A DNA stretch of 64,000 bases from an uncultured Solirubrobacterales bacterium (GCA_937128795.1 CAKZMQ010000019.1:45571-109570), one strand, 5' to 3'; counted from the first letter of the stretch, positions 19,669-32,595 are shown. Made by a program: numbers and translations. The notes: generated from the sequence alone by a model not told the origin.

Positions 19669-20057
19669 AGGTCGTCGATGCGTCGGTAGTTGTCGACGCA
19701 TTCTCTTCAACTGGTCGACGGGGCCTCGCGGCAACGTACGCGCTCGAATCATCCCCGCTCGCCGCCCCCCAGCACATGGACCTCGAAGCAATTTCGGGCT
19801 GGCGAAAACAAGTGCGACTCAACGCAATGTCGTCGATGGACGCAGTTCTCGCTATTGACGGTTTGCGGCGACTTCGTGTCAAAAGGTTGGACCACACACC
19901 GCTCTACTGGCGAATGTGGGAACTTCGCGACAACCTGTCGATTCAAGATGCAGCCTACGTCGCGTTGGCCGAGTTGCTCGGCGCGCCGCTGATCACCTCC
20001 GACGTCCGGCTTACCAACGCGCCCGGCACGAAGTGCGAATTCGAACTGATCAGCTAG
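19665..20057 (+). CDS. vapC: PIN-domain toxin (VapC family)
   Basis: VKVVDASVVVDAF (first acidic residue), ..IQDAAYVALAELLGAPLITSD... GTG 19665 overlaps the antitoxin stop by 4 nt. Confidence 0.8.
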   Translation: MKVVDASVVVDAFSSTGRRGLAATYALESSPLAAPQHMDLEAISGWRKQVRLNAMSSMDAVLAIDGLRRLRVKRLDHTPLYWRMWELRDNLSIQDAAYVALAELLGAPLITSDVRLTNAPGTKCEFELIS

Positions 20058-20078
20058 CTGCGCTGGATCCGGCTGCGA

Positions 20079-22949
<2,871 letters not shown>

Positions 22950-23010
22950 AGAGGCTTACTTTACCCCCCCGATGCTTTGCTCCTGCCTGTCGGCGCGGTC
23001 TGACTGACGG

Positions 23011-23367
23011 CTACGCGGCCGGCTGCGCTCCCGTGGCCTTGTTCGAGAGCCGATGCATCGTCTTGCGATTGCGTCGCTTGGATCGAAACTTGTCGACTTG
23101 ACGCGAGAGTTCATCGGAGACCTCATGCACTGCGTGCTTCATCTCGAATGAACGGTCGCTGGCGCGCAACGTTGCGCCCTTCATGTAGAGCACCGCATCG
23201 ACCACGAAGTGCTCCGCGATCGACGGATTGTGTTCTTCCTTGAACTCGAGCTCCAGCCGCGCCGGGTCGGAGACCTTGTTCGACAGCTTTTCGAAGCGCA
23301 TCTTCGCGTAGCCGCGAATCTCTTCGGTGACCTTGGTGCCGTTGCGTGCTCTGATGTCGATCTGCAT
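23011..23367 (-). CDS. hpf: Ribosome hibernation-promoting factor / RaiA family (short form)
   Basis: 118 aa. MQIDIRARNGTKVTEEIRGYAKMRFEKLSNKV... Conserved position between comF and secA. Confidence 0.8.
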   Translation of the reverse strand: MQIDIRARNGTKVTEEIRGYAKMRFEKLSNKVSDPARLELEFKEEHNPSIAEHFVVDAVLYMKGATLRASDRSFEMKHAVHEVSDELSRQVDKFRSKRRNRKTMHRLSNKATGAQPAA

Positions 23368-23472
23368 GTTCCGTGTGCTCCTTACTCGTTTGAAGCCGAT
23401 CGGATCACCATGCAGCCGACGCGTTGAGCAACGGCCAAGCAGTTGGGCGATCCGGTCAGTCGTGCCGTCGGA

Positions 23473-24282
23473 TCACCCGCCGTGTGAGGGTGAGGTCTGT
23501 CTCGCGCTCGCGAATGCCAGACCCTTGATCTGGACGGGCCGATCTTCCAGCCCGTATCGCTCGCGTATGGCAAAAGCGCATACCTCCAATGTAACGCCTG
23601 TGGTCGTTACGTCGTCGCACACCACAACATTCGGCGGAAATTCGGCTAAAGGATTCCTCCGCCACGGTCGAAGGCGGGCGTATCTCATGCGTACGGCGTC
23701 GTCGGGCATTGTCAGCCGTTCGGCGCGCGAGAGTTTCGCCTGCGGCGGCCTTGAGCCGTCGCGCGCCAGTTGATCGGCGAACGCCAGTCCGTGGCGGTTG
23801 GCCAACGCCTTGGCAAACAGCGCGGCCGGATTGAAGCCTCTGGCGCGGTGCGATGCCGGATGCGAAGGCGCAGGCACCAAAACGGCGCCAGGAGCAAGGA
23901 AGTCGCTGGGCAAACGACGCGACGCCATTTCGGACATCACCCCGGCAAGTGCGACGGCCCCGCGATACTTCAGCGCCTTGACCATCTCGCTGACGGTTCC
24001 GGCGTAGTCAAAGGCGGCAAAGGCGGCATCGAGGCCGCTGTGATTCAACTGGATTGCGCCCGGCGGTGTCAGCCGGGCTCGCTGCTGGCATTGCGTGCAG
24101 AGCGGTTGGTCTGGCTCGGTCGTGGCCAGGCAAAGAGAGCATCGTGGCGGGATGAAGAGTGCTGCGAACCGCGATGCGCGGCTGTAGGCGGCATCGTGCA
24201 CGGAACGATCGTTCCCGAACAGGAGTTGCGAATCAAGACAGAAATGCGAAGATTCGGCCAATGCATCGCGAAGACACTGCAA
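23473..24282 (-). CDS. ComF-family phosphoribosyltransferase-like protein
   Basis: N-terminal CxxC..CxxC (CSLCLATTEPDQPLCTQCQQ) and the PRTase motif VVVCDDVTTTGVTL. The start codon is uncertain: the ORF-track start is a TTG. Confidence 0.7.
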   Translation of the reverse strand: MQCLRDALAESSHFCLDSQLLFGNDRSVHDAAYSRASRFAALFIPPRCSLCLATTEPDQPLCTQCQQRARLTPPGAIQLNHSGLDAAFAAFDYAGTVSEMVKALKYRGAVALAGVMSEMASRRLPSDFLAPGAVLVPAPSHPASHRARGFNPAALFAKALANRHGLAFADQLARDGSRPPQAKLSRAERLTMPDDAVRMRYARLRPWRRNPLAEFPPNVVVCDDVTTTGVTLEVCAFAIRERYGLEDRPVQIKGLAFASARQTSPSHGG

Positions 24283-24578
24283 TGGGCGGATCCGAGAATG
24301 AGATCGTTACCGCGGCCGGAGTCGTCCAGTTCTTCTGGGACTCAGGCGACGTCGAAAGACATCTCCTGGTCAACATCGAGCCCGACGACCACCACAAGCC
24401 AGATGCCTACGAGCTAGTCGACGAGCTACGTGACGCGGTGATCGGCGAGATCGACGAGGGCGTCCGGATCGAAATCGACTACCTGGTGGTCCACCACGAA
24501 GTCGTCGACCCCGACGCTGCGACGACGGTCGACAGCCATAGACCGAAGATTCTCGACGTGAGAATCATCGGTCGATGA
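24282..24578 (+). CDS. Hypothetical small acidic protein (98 aa)
   Basis: ATG 24282, GC3-rich codons, ends just before the palindromic terminator. No recognisable motif. Confidence 0.35.
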   Translation: MGGSENEIVTAAGVVQFFWDSGDVERHLLVNIEPDDHHKPDAYELVDELRDAVIGEIDEGVRIEIDYLVVHHEVVDPDAATTVDSHRPKILDVRIIGR

Positions 24579-24609
24579 TCGGCAACAATCGATCCAACAA
24601 AGAGTCTCT

Positions 24610-24664
24610 CTTGCAAGGTCCGAGGTTGCAAGCGGATTCCTCTTGCAACCTCGGACCTTGCAAG
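24610..24664. repeat. REP-like palindromic element copy 1 (perfect 23-bp stem), bidirectional terminator between convergent genes
   Basis: CTTGCAAGGTCCGAGGTTGCAAG (24610-24632), 9-nt loop, CTTGCAACCTCGGACCTTGCAAG (24642-24664), which is the exact reverse complement. It sits between the stops at 24578 (+) and 24666 (-). Confidence 0.8.
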
Positions 24665-24665
24665 G

Positions 24666-25136
24666 CTAGGCGCAGGCCGGCAACGTGGCTGTGTCGAGCT
24701 CGGCCGCCGTCGGGATCGTGTCGGGAATCTTCGCCTTTGCAGTGACCTTCTTGCGCGTCCGCGGTGCGCGGTATGTGGAGACAAGGTTGTAGGTGATCGA
24801 GGCACCTGCCGGCACGCTGACGTACTTCGACTTGTTCTTGAACTTGTTGCGCGGCGTCAGCGTGACGACGCCACTGTTGTACTGCCCACCGGTCGCATTG
24901 TCAATGACTTTGTAGGTCACACGGACGCTCTTGGGCTTCGCTGAATTTCTGCGCTTGATCGTCGCCTTGAAATTGAGTTTGTAACTGAGGAAATCCGCGC
25001 TGGGGCGACAGAAATCCGTTGCGGAGGTCAGCTTGGTGGTGACGAGTATGTAGCTGGATTTCGCATTTGCGCTGGGGGCGACGGCTAGCGAGGCAACCAC
25101 CGCGACGGCTGCGAGCAGAGCGAGCTTCGTACGCAT
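24666..25136 (-). CDS. Small secreted basic beta-rich protein (hypothetical)
   Basis: Signal peptide MRTKLALLAAVAVVASLAVAPSANA. K/R-rich 130-aa mature part. No recognised domain. Confidence 0.6.
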   Translation of the reverse strand: MRTKLALLAAVAVVASLAVAPSANAKSSYILVTTKLTSATDFCRPSADFLSYKLNFKATIKRRNSAKPKSVRVTYKVIDNATGGQYNSGVVTLTPRNKFKNKSKYVSVPAGASITYNLVSTYRAPRTRKKVTAKAKIPDTIPTAAELDTATLPACA

Positions 25137-25191
25137 GAAAGACCTTTCGGAAAGCTTTGAGCAATGGGAGTCGTGAGCAAACGGAGCTCGG

Positions 25192-26211
25192 TCAGAGTGC
25201 CGCGGCAGGCCGTAGATTGGCTACGACGTCGCCCTGTCCAAGAATCGCTCCGATAGCAATCGTACCGCCAGGTACCTCACCGCCGGGAAAAATGATCGAA
25301 TCCCGAACTGCCGCACCGGCGCCGACCTTTGCCCCGTCGCCGATCACGACCGGGCCCTGAAGCTTGACTCCGTCGCCGATCTGCACCTCTTGGCCGATCC
25401 AAACCGGGCCTTCGACGAGCTCAGCGTTGTCCAGCGCGCCCGGCGTCGAGCTGTGCACGCCGTCGCGGGCCCCGGTTCCCTCGATGCCGAGTTCCAACGC
25501 ACCGGTCAGGGCGTCGAATGTACCGCTGCGCAGTTCGCCGAGCGAGCCGACGTCGTTCCAGTACTCGTCGATCTCGTGGATGAAGAAGGGAACGTCTTTT
25601 TCTAGCAGCACCGGAAATACGTCCTGCGCCCAGTCGACGAAGTCCGTTTCCGGGAAGTAGTCGAAGATTTCTGGGCTGAACACGTAGATACCGCAGTTGC
25701 CAAGGTCGCTCAATGCGTCTTCTGGTTCGGGCTTTTCTTGAAATCCCGTGATGCGACCGTCGGCGTCGTGCAGCACAACGCCGTATTCGCGTGTGTCCGG
25801 CACCCTCTTGACTGTCAGCGTCGCGACTCCGCCGGAGGTCTTGTGGCGCTCGACCAGCTTCGTCAGATCGATGTCGGTGAGCGCGTCGCCGCTGATGATC
25901 AAGAATGGCTCGCCACCCGCGGTAAGAGATTCGGACACCGCCCGAACGCCGCCGGCCGTGCCCAGCAGTTCGGGCTCGAAGTTGTACTCGATGTTCACGC
26001 CGAAGTCCGATCCGTCGCCGAAGTAGTCGCGGATCGTGTCGGGAAAGTAGTGGAGATTGGCGACTACGTCACGAAAGCCGTGCTTGGCAACCAACGTGAG
26101 CAAATGCGCCATCGCAGGACGGTCGATCACCGGCACCATCGGCTTCGGAATTCCGAAGGTGATCGGCTTGAGACGTGTGCCGAGTCCGGCGGCGAGAACC
26201 ATTGCTTTCAT
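25192..26211 (-). CDS. NDP-sugar pyrophosphorylase (mannose-1-P guanylyltransferase / glucose-1-P nucleotidyltransferase-like) with C-terminal left-handed beta-helix
   Basis: MKAMVLAAGLGTRLKPITFGIPKPMVPV (G-x-G-T-R-L signature). Hexapeptide-repeat C-terminus (..IGDGVKLQGPVVIGDGAKVGAGA..). Confidence 0.85.
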   Translation of the reverse strand: MKAMVLAAGLGTRLKPITFGIPKPMVPVIDRPAMAHLLTLVAKHGFRDVVANLHYFPDTIRDYFGDGSDFGVNIEYNFEPELLGTAGGVRAVSESLTAGGEPFLIISGDALTDIDLTKLVERHKTSGGVATLTVKRVPDTREYGVVLHDADGRITGFQEKPEPEDALSDLGNCGIYVFSPEIFDYFPETDFVDWAQDVFPVLLEKDVPFFIHEIDEYWNDVGSLGELRSGTFDALTGALELGIEGTGARDGVHSSTPGALDNAELVEGPVWIGQEVQIGDGVKLQGPVVIGDGAKVGAGAAVRDSIIFPGGEVPGGTIAIGAILGQGDVVANLRPAAAL

Positions 26212-26250
26212 CGTGGTTTTGTTCCTTTCGATTGCAGTCGGGTACGGGGG

Positions 26251-27516
26251 TCAGGTTCCCTGATCCCATGAAGTTAGGTAGTTGCGCTGGGCCTCGGTCA
26301 ATTCATCGATGTTGACCTCCAGCGACTCGAGTTTGAGGCGAGCGATTTCGGTGTCGATTGCCGGCGGAACTTCATGCACGCGCTTTTCCAGCTGGGCGCC
26401 GTGCTTGACCAGGTGTTCGACGGCGAGCGCTTGGTTGGCGAAGCTCATGTCCATCACGGCGGCCGGATGGCCCTCGGCGGCAGAGAGGTTGACGAGGCGG
26501 CCGTCGGCCAATAGGTAGATGCGACGGCCGTCGCTGGTCGTGAATCGTTCAACGAGCGGCCGGACGATCGCGCGGTCGGTCGCGACTGCGGCCAGATCGT
26601 CTTTGTTTATTTCGACATCGAAGTGGCCGGCATTGCAGATGATCGTGCCATCTCCCATGGCGTCGAACATCTCACCGGCGATCGCGTCACGATTGCCGGT
26701 GACACTGACCATCACGTCGGCCTTGGCTGCGGCGGCCATCGCAGGCAGCACCTCGAATCCGTCCATCACGGCTTCGAGTGCGCGGAGCGGGTCGACCTCA
26801 CAAACAACAACATGCGCGCCCATGCCCTTCGCGCGCATCGCCACTCCCTTGCCGCACCAGCCATAGCCGAGTACCGCCACCACTCGACCGGCGATCAGCA
26901 CGTTGGTAGCGCGCAGGATGCCATCCATCGTCGATTGACCGGTGCCGTAGCGATTGTCGAATAGGTGTTTGGTCTCGGCTTCGTTGACGGCGATGATCGG
27001 GTACTCAAGATTGCCCTCTTGCTGAAGCGCCTTCAACCTGATGATCCCGGTCGTGGTCTCTTCGGTACCGCCGATTATGCCGTCGATCAGTTCGCGCCGG
27101 GCGCTGTGGACGGTGCTGATCACATCGGCGCCGTCGTCCATCGTGATCTGCGGCTGGATGTCGCAGACGGCGTCGATGTGTCGGTAGTAGGTTGCGGTGT
27201 CCTCGCCGTGGATCGCGTGGACTTCAGTGTCGTAACGCTCGGCCAGGGCTGCGGCGACTTCGTCCTGCGTCGACAGCGGATTGCTTGCGCAGAGCGCAAC
27301 CTCGGCACCGCCTGCAACCAGCGTTCGCATCAAGTTCGCGGTTTCGGTCGTCACGTGCAGGCAGGCGCCAACGCGTGTTCCCGCCAGCGGACGCTCCTTC
27401 GCGAAGCGTTCGCGAATGCGTGCGAGCACCGGCATTTCGTTGTCGGCCCAGTCGACGCGCAGAACACCGTCGTCGGCGAGCGCGGCGTCGGCGATGTCAC
27501 GCGGGGCCGGGGTCAT
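26251..27516 (-). CDS. ahcY: S-adenosyl-L-homocysteine hydrolase, short (421-aa) form: second paralog
   Basis: ..NEMPVL.., ACLHVTTETANLMRTL, NAD site GYGWCGKGVA, NAGHFDVEI. It lacks the ~40-aa insertion of the 482-aa copy. The start overlaps the upstream stop (ATGA). Confidence 0.9.
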   Translation of the reverse strand: MTPAPRDIADAALADDGVLRVDWADNEMPVLARIRERFAKERPLAGTRVGACLHVTTETANLMRTLVAGGAEVALCASNPLSTQDEVAAALAERYDTEVHAIHGEDTATYYRHIDAVCDIQPQITMDDGADVISTVHSARRELIDGIIGGTEETTTGIIRLKALQQEGNLEYPIIAVNEAETKHLFDNRYGTGQSTMDGILRATNVLIAGRVVAVLGYGWCGKGVAMRAKGMGAHVVVCEVDPLRALEAVMDGFEVLPAMAAAAKADVMVSVTGNRDAIAGEMFDAMGDGTIICNAGHFDVEINKDDLAAVATDRAIVRPLVERFTTSDGRRIYLLADGRLVNLSAAEGHPAAVMDMSFANQALAVEHLVKHGAQLEKRVHEVPPAIDTEIARLKLESLEVNIDELTEAQRNYLTSWDQGT

Positions 27517-28589
27517 CAGCTTTCCGCGGGGCGGCCCAGCGAATCCTTCAGTCCCTCAATCACCGGCACGGGGGAAGGATCCACTCCGCGCAAGACCGCC
27601 AAGTACAGGGACATCAGGTCACCGAGCATGATCGCAGCGAACAGCCGGTCGAAGCGGCTCGTGCCGATCGTGTCGATCACTTCGGCCTTTGCTCCGTGGG
27701 CGCTGGCAATCTCGGCAGTCAACTCGATGCGACGGCGTTCGCGTTCGTTTTGATCGCTGTCGCGCAGGAACCAAGCCGTCTGATCGACTATCTCTCCGGC
27801 GCCATCCCACGCGCAGATCTCGTTGTGGTTGGCCTCGGGCAATACGTAGTCGGCAGCGGGGACCTTCGCGTTTTCGTTGATCTGGCAACGCCAGCGATAC
27901 GCGATCGGGGCAGTCAATCCCGCGCCGTAGATCACTGCCACGCGGCCATATGCCTCGCGCGCAAGACGCTTCGGCAGTGCATCGCCCGCCGCATCCGGTC
28001 CCCACGACGCGACGGACTCGCGCAGTGTTGCCGCGCTGGCGGCCAGTTCACTGCGAACGTCGGAATCGACGATTCCGGCGGCGATGGAGACCTCAACCGT
28101 CGCGACCACACCGTACGCCACCGCCGCTCGCGGTTGAAAGATTCCCGGCAGGCCGATCACCGGTTGACCGGCCGCGTGCGCAAGCTCGGAGACCCTCCCG
28201 CCAGAGCTGGTCACAAATATTTTGCAGCCGCGGGCGGTCGCCTGCTCGTAGCAAGACAGCGTTTCCTCGGTCCCGCCGGAGTAGCTTGAGATCAATACCG
28301 CGCTTTCCGATGTGACCCAGCTGGGAAGGTCGTAGCCGCGAACCACGTGCAGCGGCTTGTTCAGTCGCGAGCCGAGTGCGGCCGCGGCGAGGTCACTGCC
28401 AACCGCCGATCCACCCATCCCGCAAACGATCAGTCCCTGTGATTCAGTGGGTGGGAGCATCGCCGATTCGGCGCGCCAGAGGGCGTCGTCGATGTGGTCG
28501 GGCATCGCGAGGATGTCGTCGACCAGGTTCGCCGCGTCGACGGCCTTGATCGAATCGCGTTCGAGAGCGTTCGCGGCCACGTCACTCAT
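27516..28589 (-). CDS. Bifunctional phosphoglucose/phosphomannose isomerase-type SIS protein
   Basis: SIS motif LIVCGMGGSAVGSDLAAAA. 357 aa. ATGA overlaps with both neighbours. Confidence 0.8.
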   Translation of the reverse strand: MSDVAANALERDSIKAVDAANLVDDILAMPDHIDDALWRAESAMLPPTESQGLIVCGMGGSAVGSDLAAAALGSRLNKPLHVVRGYDLPSWVTSESAVLISSYSGGTEETLSCYEQATARGCKIFVTSSGGRVSELAHAAGQPVIGLPGIFQPRAAVAYGVVATVEVSIAAGIVDSDVRSELAASAATLRESVASWGPDAAGDALPKRLAREAYGRVAVIYGAGLTAPIAYRWRCQINENAKVPAADYVLPEANHNEICAWDGAGEIVDQTAWFLRDSDQNERERRRIELTAEIASAHGAKAEVIDTIGTSRFDRLFAAIMLGDLMSLYLAVLRGVDPSPVPVIEGLKDSLGRPAES

Positions 28590-29677
28590 GCGGTCACCGC
28601 CGCCTTGGCGTCGATTCGACTGCCCGCAGCGATGCGTGCGCCGGGTTCGACGACCGCTCCCTCACCGATCACAACGTCGGACTCGATTCGCGCTCTGGCA
28701 CCGATCGACACGCCGGGTCCGATCAACGCCTGCGCTATGTCGACGCCTTCGCCGACGCTGCACCCGCGCATCAGCACGGAACCTGCGAGCGCAGCGTTCG
28801 AACCGATCGAAACGTCTGGGCCGACGACGCAGTACGCGCCAAGCGTTGCGCCGGCATCGACGGTCACGTTCTCGTCAATCGCGACCGGGTCGCGGATGAT
28901 GCCGAGTTCAGTTTTGGCGGACGCGGCGATCGCGCTTCCTGAAGCCTCGAGTTCGGGCGAGAGCCATGAAGTGAGGTTGTTCGCGAGCAGGTCGCGCGTT
29001 GCTTCGACGTAGCGCTCGGGCGTTCCGAGATCCAGCCAGTATCCGTCTGCGTCGTATCCGTAGATGCCGTTGTCGATCAGCGCCGGGAACACCTCTCGCT
29101 CGAACGAAACGGCTTTGCCGGCCGGGATCAAATCCATCACATCGCGCTCAAGGACGTATGCGCCGGCGTTGATGCGCGGATTCGGCGGAACCTCTTCGGC
29201 GCTCGGCTTCTCCAGGAACGAGAGCACGCGTTGATCTGCATCGGTCAGGACGAGGCCGTACGCCGTCGGGTCCTCGACCGGCACCAGCGCCAGCGTTGCT
29301 CGAGCGCCGGTTGATTCGTGCTGCGCGATCTCGGCGGAGATGTCGAAGTCGGTCAAAATGTCGCCGTTGAGCACGAGGAAGCGTTCGTCGAGATGCTGCT
29401 CGGCGTACTTGACCGCGCCGGCCGTGCCTAGCGGTTCCGGTTCCTCGACGTAGCGAATGTTTACACCCTCGTGGCCGGTCTCGTCGAGCGCGGCGCGCAG
29501 TCCGTCGGCGAGAAAGCCGACCGACATGACGATGTCCTCCACGCCGTGGCGCGCGAGCCAGTCGACCATGTACCAGAGCATCGGACGGTTGACCATCGGC
29601 ACGGCGGGTTTGGGCATGGTCGAGGTCAGCGGCCTCAGCCGCGTGCCTTGGCCTCCCGAAAGGATGACCGCTTGCAC
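28586..29677 (-). CDS. NDP-sugar pyrophosphorylase (mannose-1-phosphate guanylyltransferase-like) with LbH C-terminus
   Basis: MQAVILSGGQGTRLRPLTSTMPKPAVPM. C-terminal hexapeptide repeats. Confidence 0.85.
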   Translation of the reverse strand: MQAVILSGGQGTRLRPLTSTMPKPAVPMVNRPMLWYMVDWLARHGVEDIVMSVGFLADGLRAALDETGHEGVNIRYVEEPEPLGTAGAVKYAEQHLDERFLVLNGDILTDFDISAEIAQHESTGARATLALVPVEDPTAYGLVLTDADQRVLSFLEKPSAEEVPPNPRINAGAYVLERDVMDLIPAGKAVSFEREVFPALIDNGIYGYDADGYWLDLGTPERYVEATRDLLANNLTSWLSPELEASGSAIAASAKTELGIIRDPVAIDENVTVDAGATLGAYCVVGPDVSIGSNAALAGSVLMRGCSVGEGVDIAQALIGPGVSIGARARIESDVVIGEGAVVEPGARIAAGSRIDAKAAVTA

Positions 29678-29688
29678 GGAACCTCCCC

Positions 29689-31047
29689 CTACTCGGCGGC
29701 TGCGCTCGCGGCGACCGCGGTCGGTTCGGCGTCGCCGCCAAGAGCCGGCCGCCCGACGCCTTCATAGACGAACCCAGCGGCGGCGACTGCCGCGCCATCG
29801 AGCAGGTTGCGACCGTCAATGATCAACGGTGTGGCCATCGTGCTGCGCACTGCGGCGAGATCCAGTTCTGCGAACTCCGGCCATTCGGTGACGATCACCG
29901 CAGCATCCGCGCCTTCCAATGCGGCGAGCGGATTGTCCTTGATCATCACTCCGGGGAGCAATTCGGCCGCGCGTTCGGATGCAACGGGGTCGAAGGCAGA
30001 CACCTCGGCACCCTCGCCGCGCAGGCGCGAACTGAGCACGAGCGAAGAGGCCTCGCGCATGTCGTCGGTGTGCGGCTTGAAGGAGAGCCCGAGCAAAGCG
30101 ATTTTCTTGCCGACGAGGTTGTCGCCCAAATGCTTCTTCAGCTTGCCGATCACGCGGCGCTTCTGCAGCTCATTGACCTCGATCACGGCGTTGAGCAGCT
30201 GGAAGTGGTATCCGCTGTTGCCCGCCAGTTGCTTGAGCGCGGTGACGTCCTTCGGGAAGCAGCTTCCGCCGTAGCCGATGCCGGCATGGAGAAACTTCGA
30301 GCCGATGCGCTCGTCGAGGCCCATGCCCTTGGCGACCTCGGTCACATCTGCGCCTACTTCTTCGCAGACGTTGGCGATCTCGTTGATGAAACTGATCTTG
30401 GTTGCGAGAAAGGCGTTGCTTGCAAGCTTGATCATCTCGGCACTGGCGATGTCGGTGCGGACCATCTCGCCGCCGAGTGGCCGGTAGATCGCCTCGACGG
30501 CGTCGCCGGCCCAGCTCCCCGGAAACTCTGCTCGGTTGTCGGCTCCGATCACGACACGGTCCGGGTGCATGAAATCTGCGACGGCGGTGCCTTCTTTGAG
30601 AAACTCCGGACACGACACATAAGCCAAGTCGTGCTTGTCGCGACGAATTGCCGAGCCGGTGCCGACCGGCACGGTGCTCTTCATGATCAGCGCGTGTTCG
30701 GTCGAATCGCCGACTTCGCTGACGACTGTCTGCACGCGCGAGAGGTCGGCGTCGCCGCTGTAAGTCGGCGGAGTGTCGACGCAGACAAACATCAGGCGGG
30801 TGCGGTCGAGCAACTCCCCCATGTCGGTGGTGAAGGTCATGTGGTCGAGGTTCTTGCGCAGCAGCTCGGGAAGGTCGGGTTCGTGGATCGTCAAGTCGCC
30901 GCGCGAAAGCACGTCGACCTTGTCCTGAACGATCTCGCGGACGACGACCTCGTGGCCGAGTTCGGCGAAGCAGGTGGCGGTCACAAGACCGACCCATCCT
31001 GCACCGATCACACCGATCGGCGGCTTGTCTGAAGTGGTGTTTGACAT
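29689..31047 (-). CDS. UDP-glucose/GDP-mannose dehydrogenase family enzyme (UDP-glucose 6-dehydrogenase-like)
   Basis: Rossmann IGVIGAGWVGLVTATCFAELGH and catalytic-Cys motif GYGGSCFPKDV. ATG 31047 (MSNTTSDK..) is preferred over ORF start 31089, which would abut the LCP stop. Confidence 0.9.
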   Translation of the reverse strand: MSNTTSDKPPIGVIGAGWVGLVTATCFAELGHEVVVREIVQDKVDVLSRGDLTIHEPDLPELLRKNLDHMTFTTDMGELLDRTRLMFVCVDTPPTYSGDADLSRVQTVVSEVGDSTEHALIMKSTVPVGTGSAIRRDKHDLAYVSCPEFLKEGTAVADFMHPDRVVIGADNRAEFPGSWAGDAVEAIYRPLGGEMVRTDIASAEMIKLASNAFLATKISFINEIANVCEEVGADVTEVAKGMGLDERIGSKFLHAGIGYGGSCFPKDVTALKQLAGNSGYHFQLLNAVIEVNELQKRRVIGKLKKHLGDNLVGKKIALLGLSFKPHTDDMREASSLVLSSRLRGEGAEVSAFDPVASERAAELLPGVMIKDNPLAALEGADAAVIVTEWPEFAELDLAAVRSTMATPLIIDGRNLLDGAAVAAAGFVYEGVGRPALGGDAEPTAVAASAAAE

Positions 31048-31089
31048 CGCGGGCAGGGTAGTAGAACGGCGCCTTTCGGCGACTCGCAA

Positions 31090-32595
31090 CTACCCGCCCT
31101 TCTTGCGCAATCGCAGCGACTTGGCGATCGCCATCATCTGCCGCTCATTGAGCTTGCGGCTGAGCGTGTTGGAGACCCAGTAGGAGGCGCCGTCGCGTTT
31201 GAAGGCAACGAGTCCGAGCTTGCCGCCCTCGTAGTAGAGGTCGAAGGTGCGGCCGCCGACTTTGCGCGACTCGGACGGGTTCTTGAGGATCGGTGGATCG
31301 TCCCAGTAAACGCCTTGGATTCCGTAGTAGTCACCGTTGCTGTTGGGCATCTTGGCGACGATTCGATAGGCCGAAACGCGCTTGCCGTCCGCGGTCTGCA
31401 TGCGATACGGGCGGGTGGATCCGTCCTGGTAACTGGCGCCGGAGATCTTGGCGGTGGGGTAAAAGACCGGAAGGCCGATGCGAAAACCGGCGAGCACGGC
31501 TTGGTTGCGGCCTTCAGTTTTGGCATAGACGGTGCCTCTGGGGAGGCCCTTGGAGGTCTTTACCCGCTTCACCTTGCGCTTGGGCTCGGCGTCTTTTTCG
31601 GCCGCTGGTTCTGTAGCCACCGCGCCCTTCTGCTTGGGGCCCTTCATGAACACGCGCGCCGCCTTCTTGAGGCTCGCGTTCGACGCTTCGACGTAGGCGA
31701 CTCCGCCTTGGGTCGGCGTCGTCAGGTTGGGAATCTCGACCTGGTAGACCGGCTTGCCTGCAGACTTGACGGCCAACGTGAGGAATCGCTGAAGGTTGGC
31801 GCCGTTGGCAAGACCCTTGTCGACCCGAACGTTTTTGGCGATGATCTTCTTGATGTCCTTGGCGCTGGCAAAGAGGCCGGTCACGCCAACCTGCTGCTTG
31901 GCCTGGCGCAGGAACGCCTGTTGGCGGGCGCCGCGAAAGACGTCGCTGTCGTAGTGGCGGAATCGCACATAGTCGAGGGCCCTGGTGCCACACAACTTCT
32001 GGTATCCCGCCTTGATGTTGATCGTCGCGAACTGTTCGCGCACGTATGCGCCGGTGTTTGAGTTGAAGTACTTGCGGTCGACGTCGGTGTAGACGCAGTC
32101 GATCGCGTCAACCCCGCGGCGGAAACCGGCAAAGCTGACGTTGGCGACGTGGTTGGCGCGAATGCCGGTCGCCTCCTCGATCGTCCTGACGACGAGCGTC
32201 GGACCGCCGTACGCGTATGCCTCGTTGATCCTGCCGACGCCGTGGCCGGGGATCTGGACCTTCAAGTCGCGCGGGAACGACATCACGGTCGTGACCGGTT
32301 TGTTCGGATTCAGCCGGACCAGCATCATCGTGTCCGAGCGCGCTGGGTAGCCGTACTTGCGGTCGGCCTTGCGCCGGTCGGACCCGAGCAGCAGAATCGT
32401 CTGCGGGCCACCGGTGGCGCCGTCGAGATACTTGCTGAGGCCGTTGCCGATCGCGTTCTGTTCGAAGGCGGCGACGACATCCTCGCGTTGACTGAACGCA
32501 GCAAGCGTCGCGACCGTGGCAGCGATCAACACCATCACGACCGATCCCGTGAGGAAGCGCTTCCAGGGCGCAAACTTTTCTTGTTCGTCAAACAC
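31090..32595 (-). CDS. LytR-CpsA-Psr (LCP) family glycopolymer ligase with C-terminal extra domain
   Basis: N-terminal TM, LLLGSDRR, RSDTMMLVRLNP, SFPRDLKV motifs. ~150-aa C-terminal extension. Confidence 0.85.
   Translation of the reverse strand: MFDEQEKFAPWKRFLTGSVVMVLIAATVATLAAFSQREDVVAAFEQNAIGNGLSKYLDGATGGPQTILLLGSDRRKADRKYGYPARSDTMMLVRLNPNKPVTTVMSFPRDLKVQIPGHGVGRINEAYAYGGPTLVVRTIEEATGIRANHVANVSFAGFRRGVDAIDCVYTDVDRKYFNSNTGAYVREQFATINIKAGYQKLCGTRALDYVRFRHYDSDVFRGARQQAFLRQAKQQVGVTGLFASAKDIKKIIAKNVRVDKGLANGANLQRFLTLAVKSAGKPVYQVEIPNLTTPTQGGVAYVEASNASLKKAARVFMKGPKQKGAVATEPAAEKDAEPKRKVKRVKTSKGLPRGTVYAKTEGRNQAVLAGFRIGLPVFYPTAKISGASYQDGSTRPYRMQTADGKRVSAYRIVAKMPNSNGDYYGIQGVYWDDPPILKNPSESRKVGGRTFDLYYEGGKLGLVAFKRDGASYWVSNTLSRKLNERQMMAIAKSLRLRKKGG

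Noticed and set aside
26965-28289. 262-aa and 365-aa plus-strand ORFs.
   Set aside because: They are antisense to ahcY2 and the PGI/PMI gene, and the translations are Arg/Ala-rich without motifs.
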